DNA from: a virus
Length of the DNA: 64,000 bases
Virus record (IMG/VR): IMGVR_UViG_3300045988_150084
Reading direction: 5' to 3' (one strand)
Shown here piece after piece: positions 55,580 to 64,000 of this stretch. The notes under the pieces were generated by a model, which did not search any database, was not told the origin of the DNA, and saw only the letters and a list, made by a program, of their open reading frames with translations. Both the position numbers and the translations under genes were made by a program. The first letter of the stretch is position 1; every line of letters begins with the position of its first letter.

Positions 55580-56602
55580 TTATGCCTGAAACTCGTCTTG
55601 ATGCTCATTCCAGAGCTGGATTTTCTTCGCCCATTTCTGCTCTGCCGTCAGCTTATCGTTATCGTCGATAGCCTTGGAAAGCTCCATAGCCGTCTTCTTC
55701 TCACCGTCGAAACGCGGAAGGGATGCAAAGTCAACCTTCGTCTTGCGCTCTGGCTCTTTCTCCTCTGCCTTCGTCTCAACCTTCTTCTCGGCAAGTGTCT
55801 GTGCCATAGCGTCCTTGATACCAGCCGTGATAGCATCCTGCATAGCCGCAAAATCCATCTTCGGCTCTTCCTGCTTCGGCTCAGCCTTGTCTTCAACCTT
55901 GGACAGCTTTTCAACCGTCTCCGTCAGCGTCTTCATAGATGCTTCAAGAGCGGAAAACTTAGCGTCGAAAGCCTTTTTCTGCTCATCGAGAGCGTTCTTC
56001 GTTTCCTCGTTCAATTCTTCATTCTCCTTATTCATCATGGAACACATAAACTTAGTATTCTGAAATGCCGCCTTGTTCTTGTAGAGGATTGCAACCCCTG
56101 TGAAGTGCGCTCCCAGCCCTGTAAGAGTCTGCGCTTTATCATCCCTCATCACACCGTCAAAGTAAACTTCGACAGAGAACCCAAGAGAATCTTTTGCACT
56201 CTCAATCGTGTCACACACATCGGGAAAATCATTCTTCCACAAATGACCAGCAACAGCAATTTCATTACCGTTCAAATGAGCTTCATCAACCACGCCGACC
56301 TTAAATCGAGGAGCATGGTCTTTCAGATTATGTGCAGGGTCGCTAAAGAAATCATCACTCCATTGGACGTTTACGCCGCTACCAGCAAGGGACTCCACAT
56401 CAATATTTTCACTACTGATAATGGTTTTATATCCCATAATGCCGCCGCATGGTGTACCGTCCGTGGGAGTATCAACATACCCAGCAACGCCGCTGAAATT
56501 CAATACGTCAGGATTGTTCTCGTCCTGCATCGTACTGAAACTAGAGAAATTAAGCGTTACGCTCTTTCCCTCTGTCTTCTTCTGCTCGTTTCTTTTCGCC
56601 AT
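55580..56602 (-). CDS. prohead protease / scaffolding protein
   Basis: 340 aa, between portal and capsid. C-terminal coiled coil (EELNEETKNALDEQKKAFDAKFSALEASMKTLTETVEKL). Confidence 0.45.
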   Translation of the reverse strand: MAKRNEQKKTEGKSVTLNFSSFSTMQDENNPDVLNFSGVAGYVDTPTDGTPCGGIMGYKTIISSENIDVESLAGSGVNVQWSDDFFSDPAHNLKDHAPRFKVGVVDEAHLNGNEIAVAGHLWKNDFPDVCDTIESAKDSLGFSVEVYFDGVMRDDKAQTLTGLGAHFTGVAILYKNKAAFQNTKFMCSMMNKENEELNEETKNALDEQKKAFDAKFSALEASMKTLTETVEKLSKVEDKAEPKQEEPKMDFAAMQDAITAGIKDAMAQTLAEKKVETKAEEKEPERKTKVDFASLPRFDGEKKTAMELSKAIDDNDKLTAEQKWAKKIQLWNEHQDEFQA

Positions 56603-57905
56603 CAGTCTTCTTTTTCACATCCTCTTTTTGGTCTTTGCCTAAACCATTAAATCCACCAGTCTGCACAGCATATTTTTTATTCAATACCGATTTCATTTCT
56701 GCCTGAGTCATGTCGTTATACGGACTGTCAATATGCGGCATACCGATAGCATTTCTATACTCTGCAAAGGTAATACCGTTGTTGTTCCATTGTTCCGTGA
56801 GCATCGTCTGCTTCTGTTGCTTCTGCGTCAGCGTGTCTTCAAAGACAAACTCGAACTTCAAATAATCGCCCATACCTAAACGACCAATGATTTTCTTGTT
56901 AATCTCATCGGCAAGCAGTAAGCAATACGGACGAACCGCTTCATTAAGCATGGACTCATTCTGCTCTTCCACAGTAGAACGGTCTGTATTGCTGCCCTGA
57001 CCAAGTTTCTTAGGGTCAATACCAAAGGCAAGAGCAATCTCCGTGATTAACTCTTTCTGCCATTCGAGGAACAGCCCTTCGTCACCGTCAGCACCAAGAT
57101 GAAGTGCTTGAGCACCCTTTGTACCGCCGATAATTGCCTGTTCGCCGCGTCCCTGTACCTCTTCACGCCAATACTTTCTGAACGCATCGAGGTCTGCCTG
57201 TGAGACGTTCTCTCCAAGGTCAAGGGCATATTTAGGAATAGCATTGTCGGTCTGTGTAGAAGCGTATTCTTGAGCACTACTTAACGCATTGATATGCTGG
57301 AAAGCCGCTTCGATAGGAGATAAACCGTATGGCGTATCGACGGTCTTATTATGCTGCAAATAAAGAACATCCTTGTCATACAGATACGTTCTATTCGCTC
57401 CTACGACCTGACAGAATCGGTAAAAATCTGGATTTGTGAAAAACCCTGTGACATATTCAAGAGCGAAACCGTTAATCGGATATAACTTCATTGGTCTGCG
57501 AATGTCTCCAGTAAAGACAATCTCGGCCGCTCCATTATCTCCAATCAGGGTTTCATTGATAACCTGTCCCCAGAAAGACTCGTAGGTGTCTGTCTCGTTA
57601 GGGTGCAGGATAATATTCTCCAATGCTTTGATAGCAGCACCATAGGTACGTTTATCTCCTGCATTGGTAGGGACAATCCTCCAATTCTGCGCTAATACTC
57701 CGTCCCGAATAAGGGAAATAGCACGGTGAGGAATTGCCATTCGAGAAAAGTTCCGCAAGCTCCGTTCGTTTACCTTGATAAGCGAATCTTTTGGAGTAAA
57801 GTTAGGCAAAGAAATAATCGTCGTGGCAGACTGCCTTTGAAGGTGTCCGTCAGACGGTGTTTTAATGCCAAGGTGGAAAATCTTCCCGAAAGCTCTTATC
57901 TCCAT
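56550..57905 (-). CDS. portal protein
   Basis: 451 aa immediately downstream of the large terminase. Confidence 0.6.
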   Translation of the reverse strand: MEIRAFGKIFHLGIKTPSDGHLQRQSATTIISLPNFTPKDSLIKVNERSLRNFSRMAIPHRAISLIRDGVLAQNWRIVPTNAGDKRTYGAAIKALENIILHPNETDTYESFWGQVINETLIGDNGAAEIVFTGDIRRPMKLYPINGFALEYVTGFFTNPDFYRFCQVVGANRTYLYDKDVLYLQHNKTVDTPYGLSPIEAAFQHINALSSAQEYASTQTDNAIPKYALDLGENVSQADLDAFRKYWREEVQGRGEQAIIGGTKGAQALHLGADGDEGLFLEWQKELITEIALAFGIDPKKLGQGSNTDRSTVEEQNESMLNEAVRPYCLLLADEINKKIIGRLGMGDYLKFEFVFEDTLTQKQQKQTMLTEQWNNNGITFAEYRNAIGMPHIDSPYNDMTQAEMKSVLNKKYAVQTGGFNGLGKDQKEDVKKKTDGEKKRAEEDRGKERNA

Positions 57906-59446
57906 TTTGTGAAAATCCCTCCCATCGGTGTTGGTTTCATGCGCGAGGATAGTCCTCCAAAAACAAGGCGGTGAGACATATCAGGGAAAGCAGCAGAACA
58001 AATCATGTTAAGTGCATCCATTCCATCATCACTACCCTTTGGAAATCGTAAAAATTCGTTGACAAGTACAGTCTGGTCTTTGCGGAACTTGATGTATTTG
58101 TTCTTGATTCTCGGAATCATACCGCGAAGACGTAACTGCTTTTCAACCTTGCTGTTGTACTCATTAATTGGAATCTGAATACCAGCGTTCAGACCTCTCT
58201 TAGCAACTTCATCCTTGAACATTGCTTGGAACTGAACTGTCTCAATCGTCACCGAAACAAGGTGGCTCTGATATTTCATAGAACCCGCAATAATGAGGTC
58301 AATGAGCCTGTCTGGCTTAAATCTTCCCATAGTCACATCAAGTACATAGAGGAACCCGTTCTCATCCTTACCAGCGAATATGATTGCTGCTCGGTCTGAT
58401 TTTGCCTTGCCAAGAGAAGGGTCAACAGCGCCATAAACTTCCTTGATTTCTGGAAGTTCATAGTAGTAATCAAACCACTCAGGAAGGAACTCCGCGTTCG
58501 CAGGGTCAATCGGTTCATTCTGATACTCACTTGCAAAAGAACTACTATCGGAAACCCGAAGTTCCATCATATTCTCGTAATAATCTGGAGAACTCTCAGG
58601 CCAAAGAGATTCGACACCTTTAAGCATCTCATCTCTGTGCTTCTGATAGAATTGATAGGCATCTTCGCCAGCCTTAGGGTTGTGCTCGTCCGTGAGAATT
58701 TGTTCCCAATCATCCCACAACGGAGAATCCGAAAAGTGCTGTACCGCTTGGTATCTCTTTCTGTCCCACATTGAGAACGCAGGAGCAGTTAAGAGCTTTT
58801 GCAGTAATGACTCATAGTGAAGCACCGTCCCAATATAGATATAGTCGCTTGTTGGTGTACCTACTGGGATAAGGGCTTTCATAAACCAGTTGAACAACTT
58901 TTTTCGTTGCGCTTCTGTCTCTACGTTTTCATCGTTCTCCAAATCATCGATGATGATTAACTCAGGGCGAATCGAGCCGAACTTATTACCGCGAAGTTTC
59001 TGTCCAGCACCACGGCCATAAACCTGTACACGGTTAGAAGTAATAATCTTATCTTGCGCCCATTTCTCTTCCGAAACAAGGTCACCAAAATCGGTTTTGA
59101 TAAGGTCATTTTCTTCAAGTTCTGTCTTTATCGCCGAGATGAAAGAACGCGCTTGGTCTAACGTATCAGAAACGAGCAAAATGTTCCTTTTGTACTTGTA
59201 AACTATGCACCAGATAATCAGCAAAAACGAGATAACCTGCGACTTACCATGTCCACGCGGAGCGGCTCGAACATAGAAGTTTTTTCGTCTTTTTCTCCTC
59301 AGAATCATGTCCTCTGCGGACTTGAAAATTTCCTTGTGTAAAGGGGAAAATGCACAAGAAAATACCGAGGGGAAATAGGTAAGAGCGAACTTTTCAAGGG
59401 AAGTAGCACAGTCTTTCATGCGCTGTCCCGCGTCCTCTCTATCCAT
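57896..59446 (-). CDS. terL: terminase large subunit
   Basis: 516 aa. Walker A-like AAPRGHGKS. C-terminal nuclease-like domain. Position upstream of the portal. Confidence 0.75.
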   Translation of the reverse strand: MDREDAGQRMKDCATSLEKFALTYFPSVFSCAFSPLHKEIFKSAEDMILRRKRRKNFYVRAAPRGHGKSQVISFLLIIWCIVYKYKRNILLVSDTLDQARSFISAIKTELEENDLIKTDFGDLVSEEKWAQDKIITSNRVQVYGRGAGQKLRGNKFGSIRPELIIIDDLENDENVETEAQRKKLFNWFMKALIPVGTPTSDYIYIGTVLHYESLLQKLLTAPAFSMWDRKRYQAVQHFSDSPLWDDWEQILTDEHNPKAGEDAYQFYQKHRDEMLKGVESLWPESSPDYYENMMELRVSDSSSFASEYQNEPIDPANAEFLPEWFDYYYELPEIKEVYGAVDPSLGKAKSDRAAIIFAGKDENGFLYVLDVTMGRFKPDRLIDLIIAGSMKYQSHLVSVTIETVQFQAMFKDEVAKRGLNAGIQIPINEYNSKVEKQLRLRGMIPRIKNKYIKFRKDQTVLVNEFLRFPKGSDDGMDALNMICSAAFPDMSHRLVFGGLSSRMKPTPMGGIFTKWR

Positions 59447-59627
59447 TACCGCCTCGGCTGACGTAGTTTCCTCGATTGCCTTTGCTAACTCATCAAAATA
59501 TCTTTTCTGCTTTATAGAATCACCCCTTTTAGTGCCTTGTCCCTGTCAGCACCTTGGACACTCCCAAATTGCATGTCTTCCTCGTGCCTCAGCCTCGTGC
59601 CTACACTCATAAGCTAGGACTTTTGTT

Positions 59628-60182
59628 TTAGATGGCTCTGATTGTCTCGAACATATCCGAACGTCGAAGCTCTTCAAAGACCTCGGCTTTAACTTGCGGG
59701 TATCTGTCTAGGATTTTCAAAAAGACTTCAAGAACTTTTCGCACCTTCTGGATGCCTAGCTGTTCTTTCTGAATTCTTGAAACGCTCTCGTTCAAATCTT
59801 CGAGAAACTTGCACGAATGGAGATAGGCGTTTGAGATGGAGGAAATCTCAGACAGCTTCTCTTCATCGTCTTTGAGGTTATCGAGTATTCTGCCGAGCTT
59901 GTTTGTATGCCTTACAAGACGGTTGCGGACACTCCATGCCTCGGAAAGAGCATTAAAGCGATTAACCGCTGTTGCGACATCATTCCTGCCTACGTCCGTT
60001 AAGCCATGCGCGGCGCAGTATCTTGAAATAGTCATTTTGTTCAACGGCTGCTCGCCAGCTGGGAGGGATTCTCTGTTGATTACATCGGCTACTTCTTCAC
60101 AGGTAAGCGTCTTGCGGAGTTCAAGAACCTTCCTACCCAACCCGAGTTCATCAATCCTGTACTTCATGTAATCACCTCTCAA
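59628..60182 (-). CDS. terS: terminase small subunit (HTH)
   Basis: 184 aa. N-terminal HTH-like segment (LTCEEVADVINRE). Immediately upstream of terL. Confidence 0.5.
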   Translation of the reverse strand: MRGDYMKYRIDELGLGRKVLELRKTLTCEEVADVINRESLPAGEQPLNKMTISRYCAAHGLTDVGRNDVATAVNRFNALSEAWSVRNRLVRHTNKLGRILDNLKDDEEKLSEISSISNAYLHSCKFLEDLNESVSRIQKEQLGIQKVRKVLEVFLKILDRYPQVKAEVFEELRRSDMFETIRAI

Positions 60183-60190
60183 TTTGTCCT

Positions 60191-60225
60191 CTCATATATT
60201 ATCTATGGTGGCTTTTCAAGTAAAA
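60191..60225 (-). promoter_or_regulatory. conserved promoter-like motif, copy 1 (TTTTACTTGAAAAGCCACCATAGATAATATATGAG on the minus strand)
   Basis: Lies 10-45 nt upstream of the terS start. Near-identical to copy 2 at 61794-61828. Confidence 0.4.
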
Positions 60226-60544
60226 AAGGGCTGAAATTCCAAAAAAAATCATTTTTAATCAAATTTTTAACTAAAATAGCTATAAGATATATCTTTTATA
60301 AAGAACCTGAGAGTAAGAACAGGAAGTTGACCTCGGATGCGACGAGGACATGAAGCGATGATTTTGTGACTATATTTTCGTGCTCCTTGTGACGCTCCAG
60401 AGCAAAGATGTCATTTTTCGCGTTTTTTACGATAAAAAGTACCCTCGATTTTGCCACGCGATAACTTATACCTGTGAAAGATTCGAGAGGGATTTCCTTC
60501 GTAAATTTACGAAGGAAATCCGCTTAAAATCGATTTTACGTTAA

Positions 60545-60832
60545 TTACCTACCCCCTTTTCCCTTGTTGAGAGTCTTCATAGCGGCAGAACGAGCTTTTT
60601 TTGTGCTGTCAGAAATACTATTTTTCCCACGTCGGAATGTAAGTAGCTTCTTTGGAACTCGATATTCTACTGCCCAGATATGTCGATTGGTCTTGAATAC
60701 CTGATAGCGTGGATAAATCTTGTCCAGCTTCGTAATCATCTTCGTGTCGCTTGTCCAAATCCTCATCTCGTCAGGCTCTCGCTCAAACTCAATAACGGTT
60801 TCTTGTTCTTCTTTTGCTGTGTACTCTTTCAT
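60545..60832 (-). CDS. hypothetical protein
   Basis: Start set at MKEYTAKEEQ, which has RBS AAGGAG. The upstream part of the ORF-track ORF has no RBS and is treated as noncoding. Confidence 0.4.
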   Translation of the reverse strand: MKEYTAKEEQETVIEFEREPDEMRIWTSDTKMITKLDKIYPRYQVFKTNRHIWAVEYRVPKKLLTFRRGKNSISDSTKKARSAAMKTLNKGKGGR

Positions 60833-61342
60833 GTAAACTCCTTTCAGCGTTCGGCTAAAGCCGAATTGTCTTTTCCAGACAATCAAATGTTTGCTAATCG
60901 AGGAAATAGGGTTGTGACTGCCTACAAGCGGCGTAGCCGCATACCTAGCCATATAGATATATTTATACCCATTGGTCGTGCGAAGGGGCTTAGAGCGAAC
61001 GTCAGGCGGTCGGTTTCTATCGACGGCGTGGCTTCGTGATACGCCCGAGTGCGTGGTGAGCGGAACACACACTCTTGGTTCGTCTGCTTGATATATATAA
61101 ATACATCTACACAGATTGAAACATGAATGTTTCTTTTGCTAATCTCTTACAGAGAGTTTTACTAATCGGAGAAGTTGGTCGGGGGAAGGCTTGTCAAAGC
61201 CGACACCGATATTATTTATTTAAGATATACGTTAGTATAGATTAAATAAATAATACATTTTATTAACACCCTTGTATGTATATATATTAATTAGATGGGG
61301 TAATTTTTCCCCCTAATTGTGCTGCCTGTCAGATTTGCCCCC

Positions 61343-61645
61343 TCAGATGGTGATTTTAAGTCGATACAGAGACGGGACTCCCCTCTGGCGCGATGGTGCA
61401 TATTCAATCATTCCCTTCTCGATTAGTTCCCTTCTTGCTCTATGAATCGTTTTTCTGGCCATTCCAGTATCTTGAACCGCTAGGCGGTCTGTGTAACAGA
61501 ACTCTCCTTCTCTGCCCTTCCAAGACAAAATGAGAAACAGTTTCAATGCCGATGGCGAGGTTTCCTTGATTCTCTTGATAAATTCGTAGTTCACTTCTTC
61601 CTCCTGTGATTCTTCTTCCTGATTCGCGACCATTTCAGCCGACAT
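61343..61645 (-). CDS. winged-HTH DNA-binding protein
   Basis: 100 aa. Acidic N-terminus. HTH-like segment MARKTIHRARRELIEKGMIEY. Confidence 0.45.
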   Translation of the reverse strand: MSAEMVANQEEESQEEEVNYEFIKRIKETSPSALKLFLILSWKGREGEFCYTDRLAVQDTGMARKTIHRARRELIEKGMIEYAPSRQRGVPSLYRLKITI

Positions 61646-61776
61646 TTCACCTTTGCGCCGCTATACACTTTCTTCCGATGGGGACATTCATAGACACCTT
61701 CCCAGTAGTATAACCCCTGACAGTACATCAAAGCATAGTTCCTCGATAAGCCGATTTTGTTTCCTAGTATCTTCAT
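61591..61776 (-). CDS. small basic protein
   Basis: 61 aa. Directly downstream of promoter-motif copy 2. Overlaps the next ORF by 55 nt in another frame. Confidence 0.3.
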   Translation of the reverse strand: MKILGNKIGLSRNYALMYCQGLYYWEGVYECPHRKKVYSGAKVKCRLKWSRIRKKNHRRKK

Positions 61777-61793
61777 GGCGTAAAAATTCCCCC

Positions 61794-61828
61794 TTCATAT
61801 ATTATCCGCGGTGACTTTTCAAGTAAAA
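61794..61828 (-). promoter_or_regulatory. conserved promoter-like motif, copy 2 (TTTTACTTGAAAAGTCACCGCGGATAATATATGAAG)
   Basis: Shares TTTTACTTGAAAAG-CACC---GATAATATATGA with copy 1. Confidence 0.4.
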
Positions 61829-63278
61829 ACACGCTCAAATACATTAAAGTTACATTAGAATTATATTATAGAAAGCTATAAGAGTTAACATGATGTAATG
61901 CTACCCAGTAACACTCAATCATATTGCCTTGACATCCCTTTTGCCATGCGCCCTCGGCGGCTCTGAAATTGTCCTCCCTGAGTGATACTTGACAATAGCG
62001 CGTAACACCGTGAGTAACGCCAAAAACTGCTGCCTATGTACACCCTCAACAGACACCATCTTCCTCGATTTGTAAACTAAAAAACGCAAAGTGCTTGACG
62101 ATGTATACGAGAATAAAGCGCCCCCTAGCTGGATTAAGTGTTTTTTGCAGGTTTGCCGAAAATTGCCCCATCTAGCCCCAATCCTTTAGTTAGTTGAAGA
62201 GCCTGTGAAGCCTTATACCACAAGGGCTGGCGGCACTTCCACGTTGCATAATTGATATTATAAAACGATTGAGAATAATTTCCAATAACGTGTATTAATC
62301 AAGTTGTCTGACAATTTCTTATTGATAGATTTTCTCATTTACTTTGACCTTTTGTCCTATATCATTTCTGCATATTATGCGCGCGTATTATGCTATTTTT
62401 GTATGTACGCCTCCAGTGGACACGTTACTAAAATATACCCCTCTAGGGTATACCAAAGTCAAACTTAATTTTACTTCTATTTTATCCAATTCAATTTAGC
62501 TAAATCGTTTTTATCCTTAGTAGCATCAAGGCTTTTCGCATATCCAGTCCCATTTAGTAATATATCTTGTTACATAATCATACCCGATATCATTAAGTCT
62601 TATTCAATCATACCTAGTAATACCCTTGCATATCGGAGAAGTGTGTTTTAGCAAAGTAAAGTAAATAGTATTCATACTTGATTGCTATGTTTTAGTAAAG
62701 TAAAGAGACAGGAAAATAGTCCTATTTAATTCTCTCAACCCTTGTAATTACTAGCTTCATCGCCCTTGTACTCTCTCGATGCACATTTGTTTTGCCTTAT
62801 CAAATTATTATTGTCTGACAATTTATTTTTCTTGTTGCCCGCCAGCCCTTGTAATTACTAGCTTCATCACTGTTTTCTACCTTTTTCTAATAAAACAAAA
62901 TATCCATGCTCATATATCAACGCCCCGCCAGCCCACTAACTACGCCGCCTGATAGCCTTTTCGATTAGCAAAAAATCATCACTTTCTCTCATATAAAAAT
63001 ACACGCGAGGAAATCCCTTATTGATAATATTTCTCAAAGGAATTAAAAATAAAAAGACTTGCACGTTATTCGTCGCTTGCTATAACAAAGTTGCAATCGG
63101 GAACGGCCCGAAAGGGAAATGAACCGAAAGCAATCCATCCGACGCCCGCGGGGGGGCCGAACAAGACGCCCCGCTTAAAAGAGAAAGAAAGGAGATGAAA
63201 AGGCCGCTATCAGGCCCAGCACGCCCGCCGCAGTCAACTTCTATTAATAGTTCTTTGAAAATTTCATATTGCAGGGGG

Positions 63279-63463
63279 GTTTCCGTCCCCTTACGGGGAT
63301 TTTGTTTTTCAACGAAGAAGAGTTTTATTCGACCGTCGCGCCCGCTGATGAAAGTTTCCGTCCCCTTACGGGGATTTTGTTTTTCAACTAAACGAAGCAA
63401 CAGCTTATTGCAAAAACTGTATAAAACAGTTTCCGTCCCCTTACGGGGATTTTGTTTTTCAAC
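63279..63463 (+). CRISPR. CRISPR-like mini-array: three 35-bp repeats and two 40-bp spacers
   Basis: Repeats GTTTCCGTCCCCTTACGGGGATTTTGTTTTTCAAC at 63279-63313, 63354-63388 and 63429-63463 (all identical, partly palindromic). Spacers at 63314-63353 and 63389-63428. An AT-rich leader-like stretch lies at 63241-63278. No cas genes in the window. Confidence 0.8.
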
Positions 63464-63584
63464 ACGCTCGTCGGGAATAGAGTTACGCGAGTACCCTGCT
63501 ATATGGATTAATATTGACCCGTAGACTCCGAGAACAGGGGACGCGGCCGGCGAGGGCCTCTAACGTGACAGGTTAGTAGGTACG

Positions 63585-63839
63585 GTGAACCACACTCAAG
63601 CCGGTTTTAAGAAGTACCGAAGGCCTTCTTGCGTCTCACACGACAACCGACTCGGGGAGACAGGCCGGAGGGGCGTTAAGTTGCGCCCGCTTGTTGGCAG
63701 CACGGTATTACTTTATGTAGTATCGCCGGAGGTCGAGCAGTTCAATAAGGCCGAGTATGACGTCAAGGCGGGCCGCGTTGATAATCTCGGCGTGTTCTGT
63801 CAGCAGTTCATGCTGGCCGGTATGAAGGAGGTGAAGTAA
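63585..63839 (+). CDS. hypothetical protein (GTG start) in the high-GC region
   Basis: 84-aa ORF. Codon usage is GC-rich, unlike the phage. Confidence 0.3.
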   Translation: MNHTQAGFKKYRRPSCVSHDNRLGETGRRGVKLRPLVGSTVLLYVVSPEVEQFNKAEYDVKAGRVDNLGVFCQQFMLAGMKEVK

Positions 63840-63841
63840 AG

Positions 63842-64000
63842 ATGTTCTGGAAAGCGTTCCACTCCTACTACTACACGGAGGACGAGGAAGAACGTGCCGA
63901 ACTGTTGCAGGACTTCCCCGCCGCCGTGCCGATGACGGAAGAAGAGTTTTATTCGACCGTCGTGCCCGCTGATGAAATCATGGTGACGGGGAACTACCTT
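63842..64000 (+). CDS. hypothetical protein, partial (contains the near-match to spacer 1)
   Basis: RBS GGAGGTG before the ATG. Runs off the window end. Nucleotides 63938-63977 match spacer 1 at 39/40. Confidence 0.4.
   Translation, partial: MFWKAFHSYYYTEDEEERAELLQDFPAAVPMTEEEFYSTVVPADEIMVTGNYL

Noticed and set aside
63202-63236. Possible degenerate fourth CRISPR repeat upstream, ending in GTCAAC
   Set aside because: Only the terminal CAAC matches, and the rest shows no similarity.
63195-63524. 109-aa ORF with internal repeats VSVPLRGFCFSTK
   Set aside because: The repetition is simply translation through the CRISPR repeats. It is a spurious ORF.

Overview
The window is almost entirely a temperate siphovirus-like prophage or phage genome of about 62 kb at roughly 45% GC, apparently from an anaerobic Firmicutes/Clostridia-type host. 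Its organisation is as follows.

- **Left edge:** a tyrosine integrase.
- **1.9-8.8 kb:** a minus-strand nucleotide-metabolism block with anaerobic RNR NrdD/NrdG, a PhoH-like ATPase, a 3D-domain protein and dUTPase.
- **9.0-9.7 kb:** a phage-encoded cluster of six tRNAs (Thr-TGT, Tyr-GTA, Gln-TTG, Lys-TTT, Leu-TAA and one degenerate tRNA-like sequence), all decoding A/T-rich codons.
- **10-16 kb:** a long run of small early ORFs, several of them Cys-rich or membrane proteins.
- **16-22 kb:** a recombination/replication module with a PD-(D/E)XK nuclease, a Cas4/RecB-like Fe-S exonuclease, a bifunctional primase-helicase, a Rad52-like annealing protein and a replication-initiator-like HTH protein.
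- **22.1-22.5 kb:** a divergent control region carrying two perfect DnaA boxes, 10-bp iterons and a strong promoter that drives a ParM/ParR-type actin-like partition system.
- **24.6-28.4 kb:** a DnaE-type Pol III alpha subunit and an orphan DPPY methyltransferase.
- **28.9-30.9 kb:** a lysis cassette with a GH25 endolysin, holins and an XhlA-like protein.
- **30.9-41.1 kb:** a tail fibre/baseplate module.
- **41.2-49.9 kb:** a 2909-aa tape measure protein with embedded CHAP and glycosidase-like domains.
- **50.1-50.6 kb:** a plus-strand membrane/Zn-ribbon moron with its own promoter, inserted between the tape measure gene and a G/GT-type tail assembly chaperone that has an A_AAA_AAG -1 frameshift site.
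- **51.2-60.2 kb:** major tail protein, head-tail connector genes, capsid, scaffold/protease, portal and large and small terminase.
- **Right end:**
  - two copies of a conserved promoter-like motif;
  - an AT-rich repeat-laden noncoding region (61.9-63.1 kb);
  - an abrupt jump to about 60% GC DNA carrying a 3-repeat/2-spacer CRISPR-like mini-array (63279-63463).

The most striking observation concerns this array. Spacer 2 is a perfect 40/40 match to the phage at 21054-21093 on the opposite strand. Spacer 1 matches, with one mismatch, a gene only about 550 bp downstream of the array. The array is therefore self-targeting, which implies an inactive or orphan CRISPR locus, a prophage-encoded anti-CRISPR, or a crRNA-like regulatory function.
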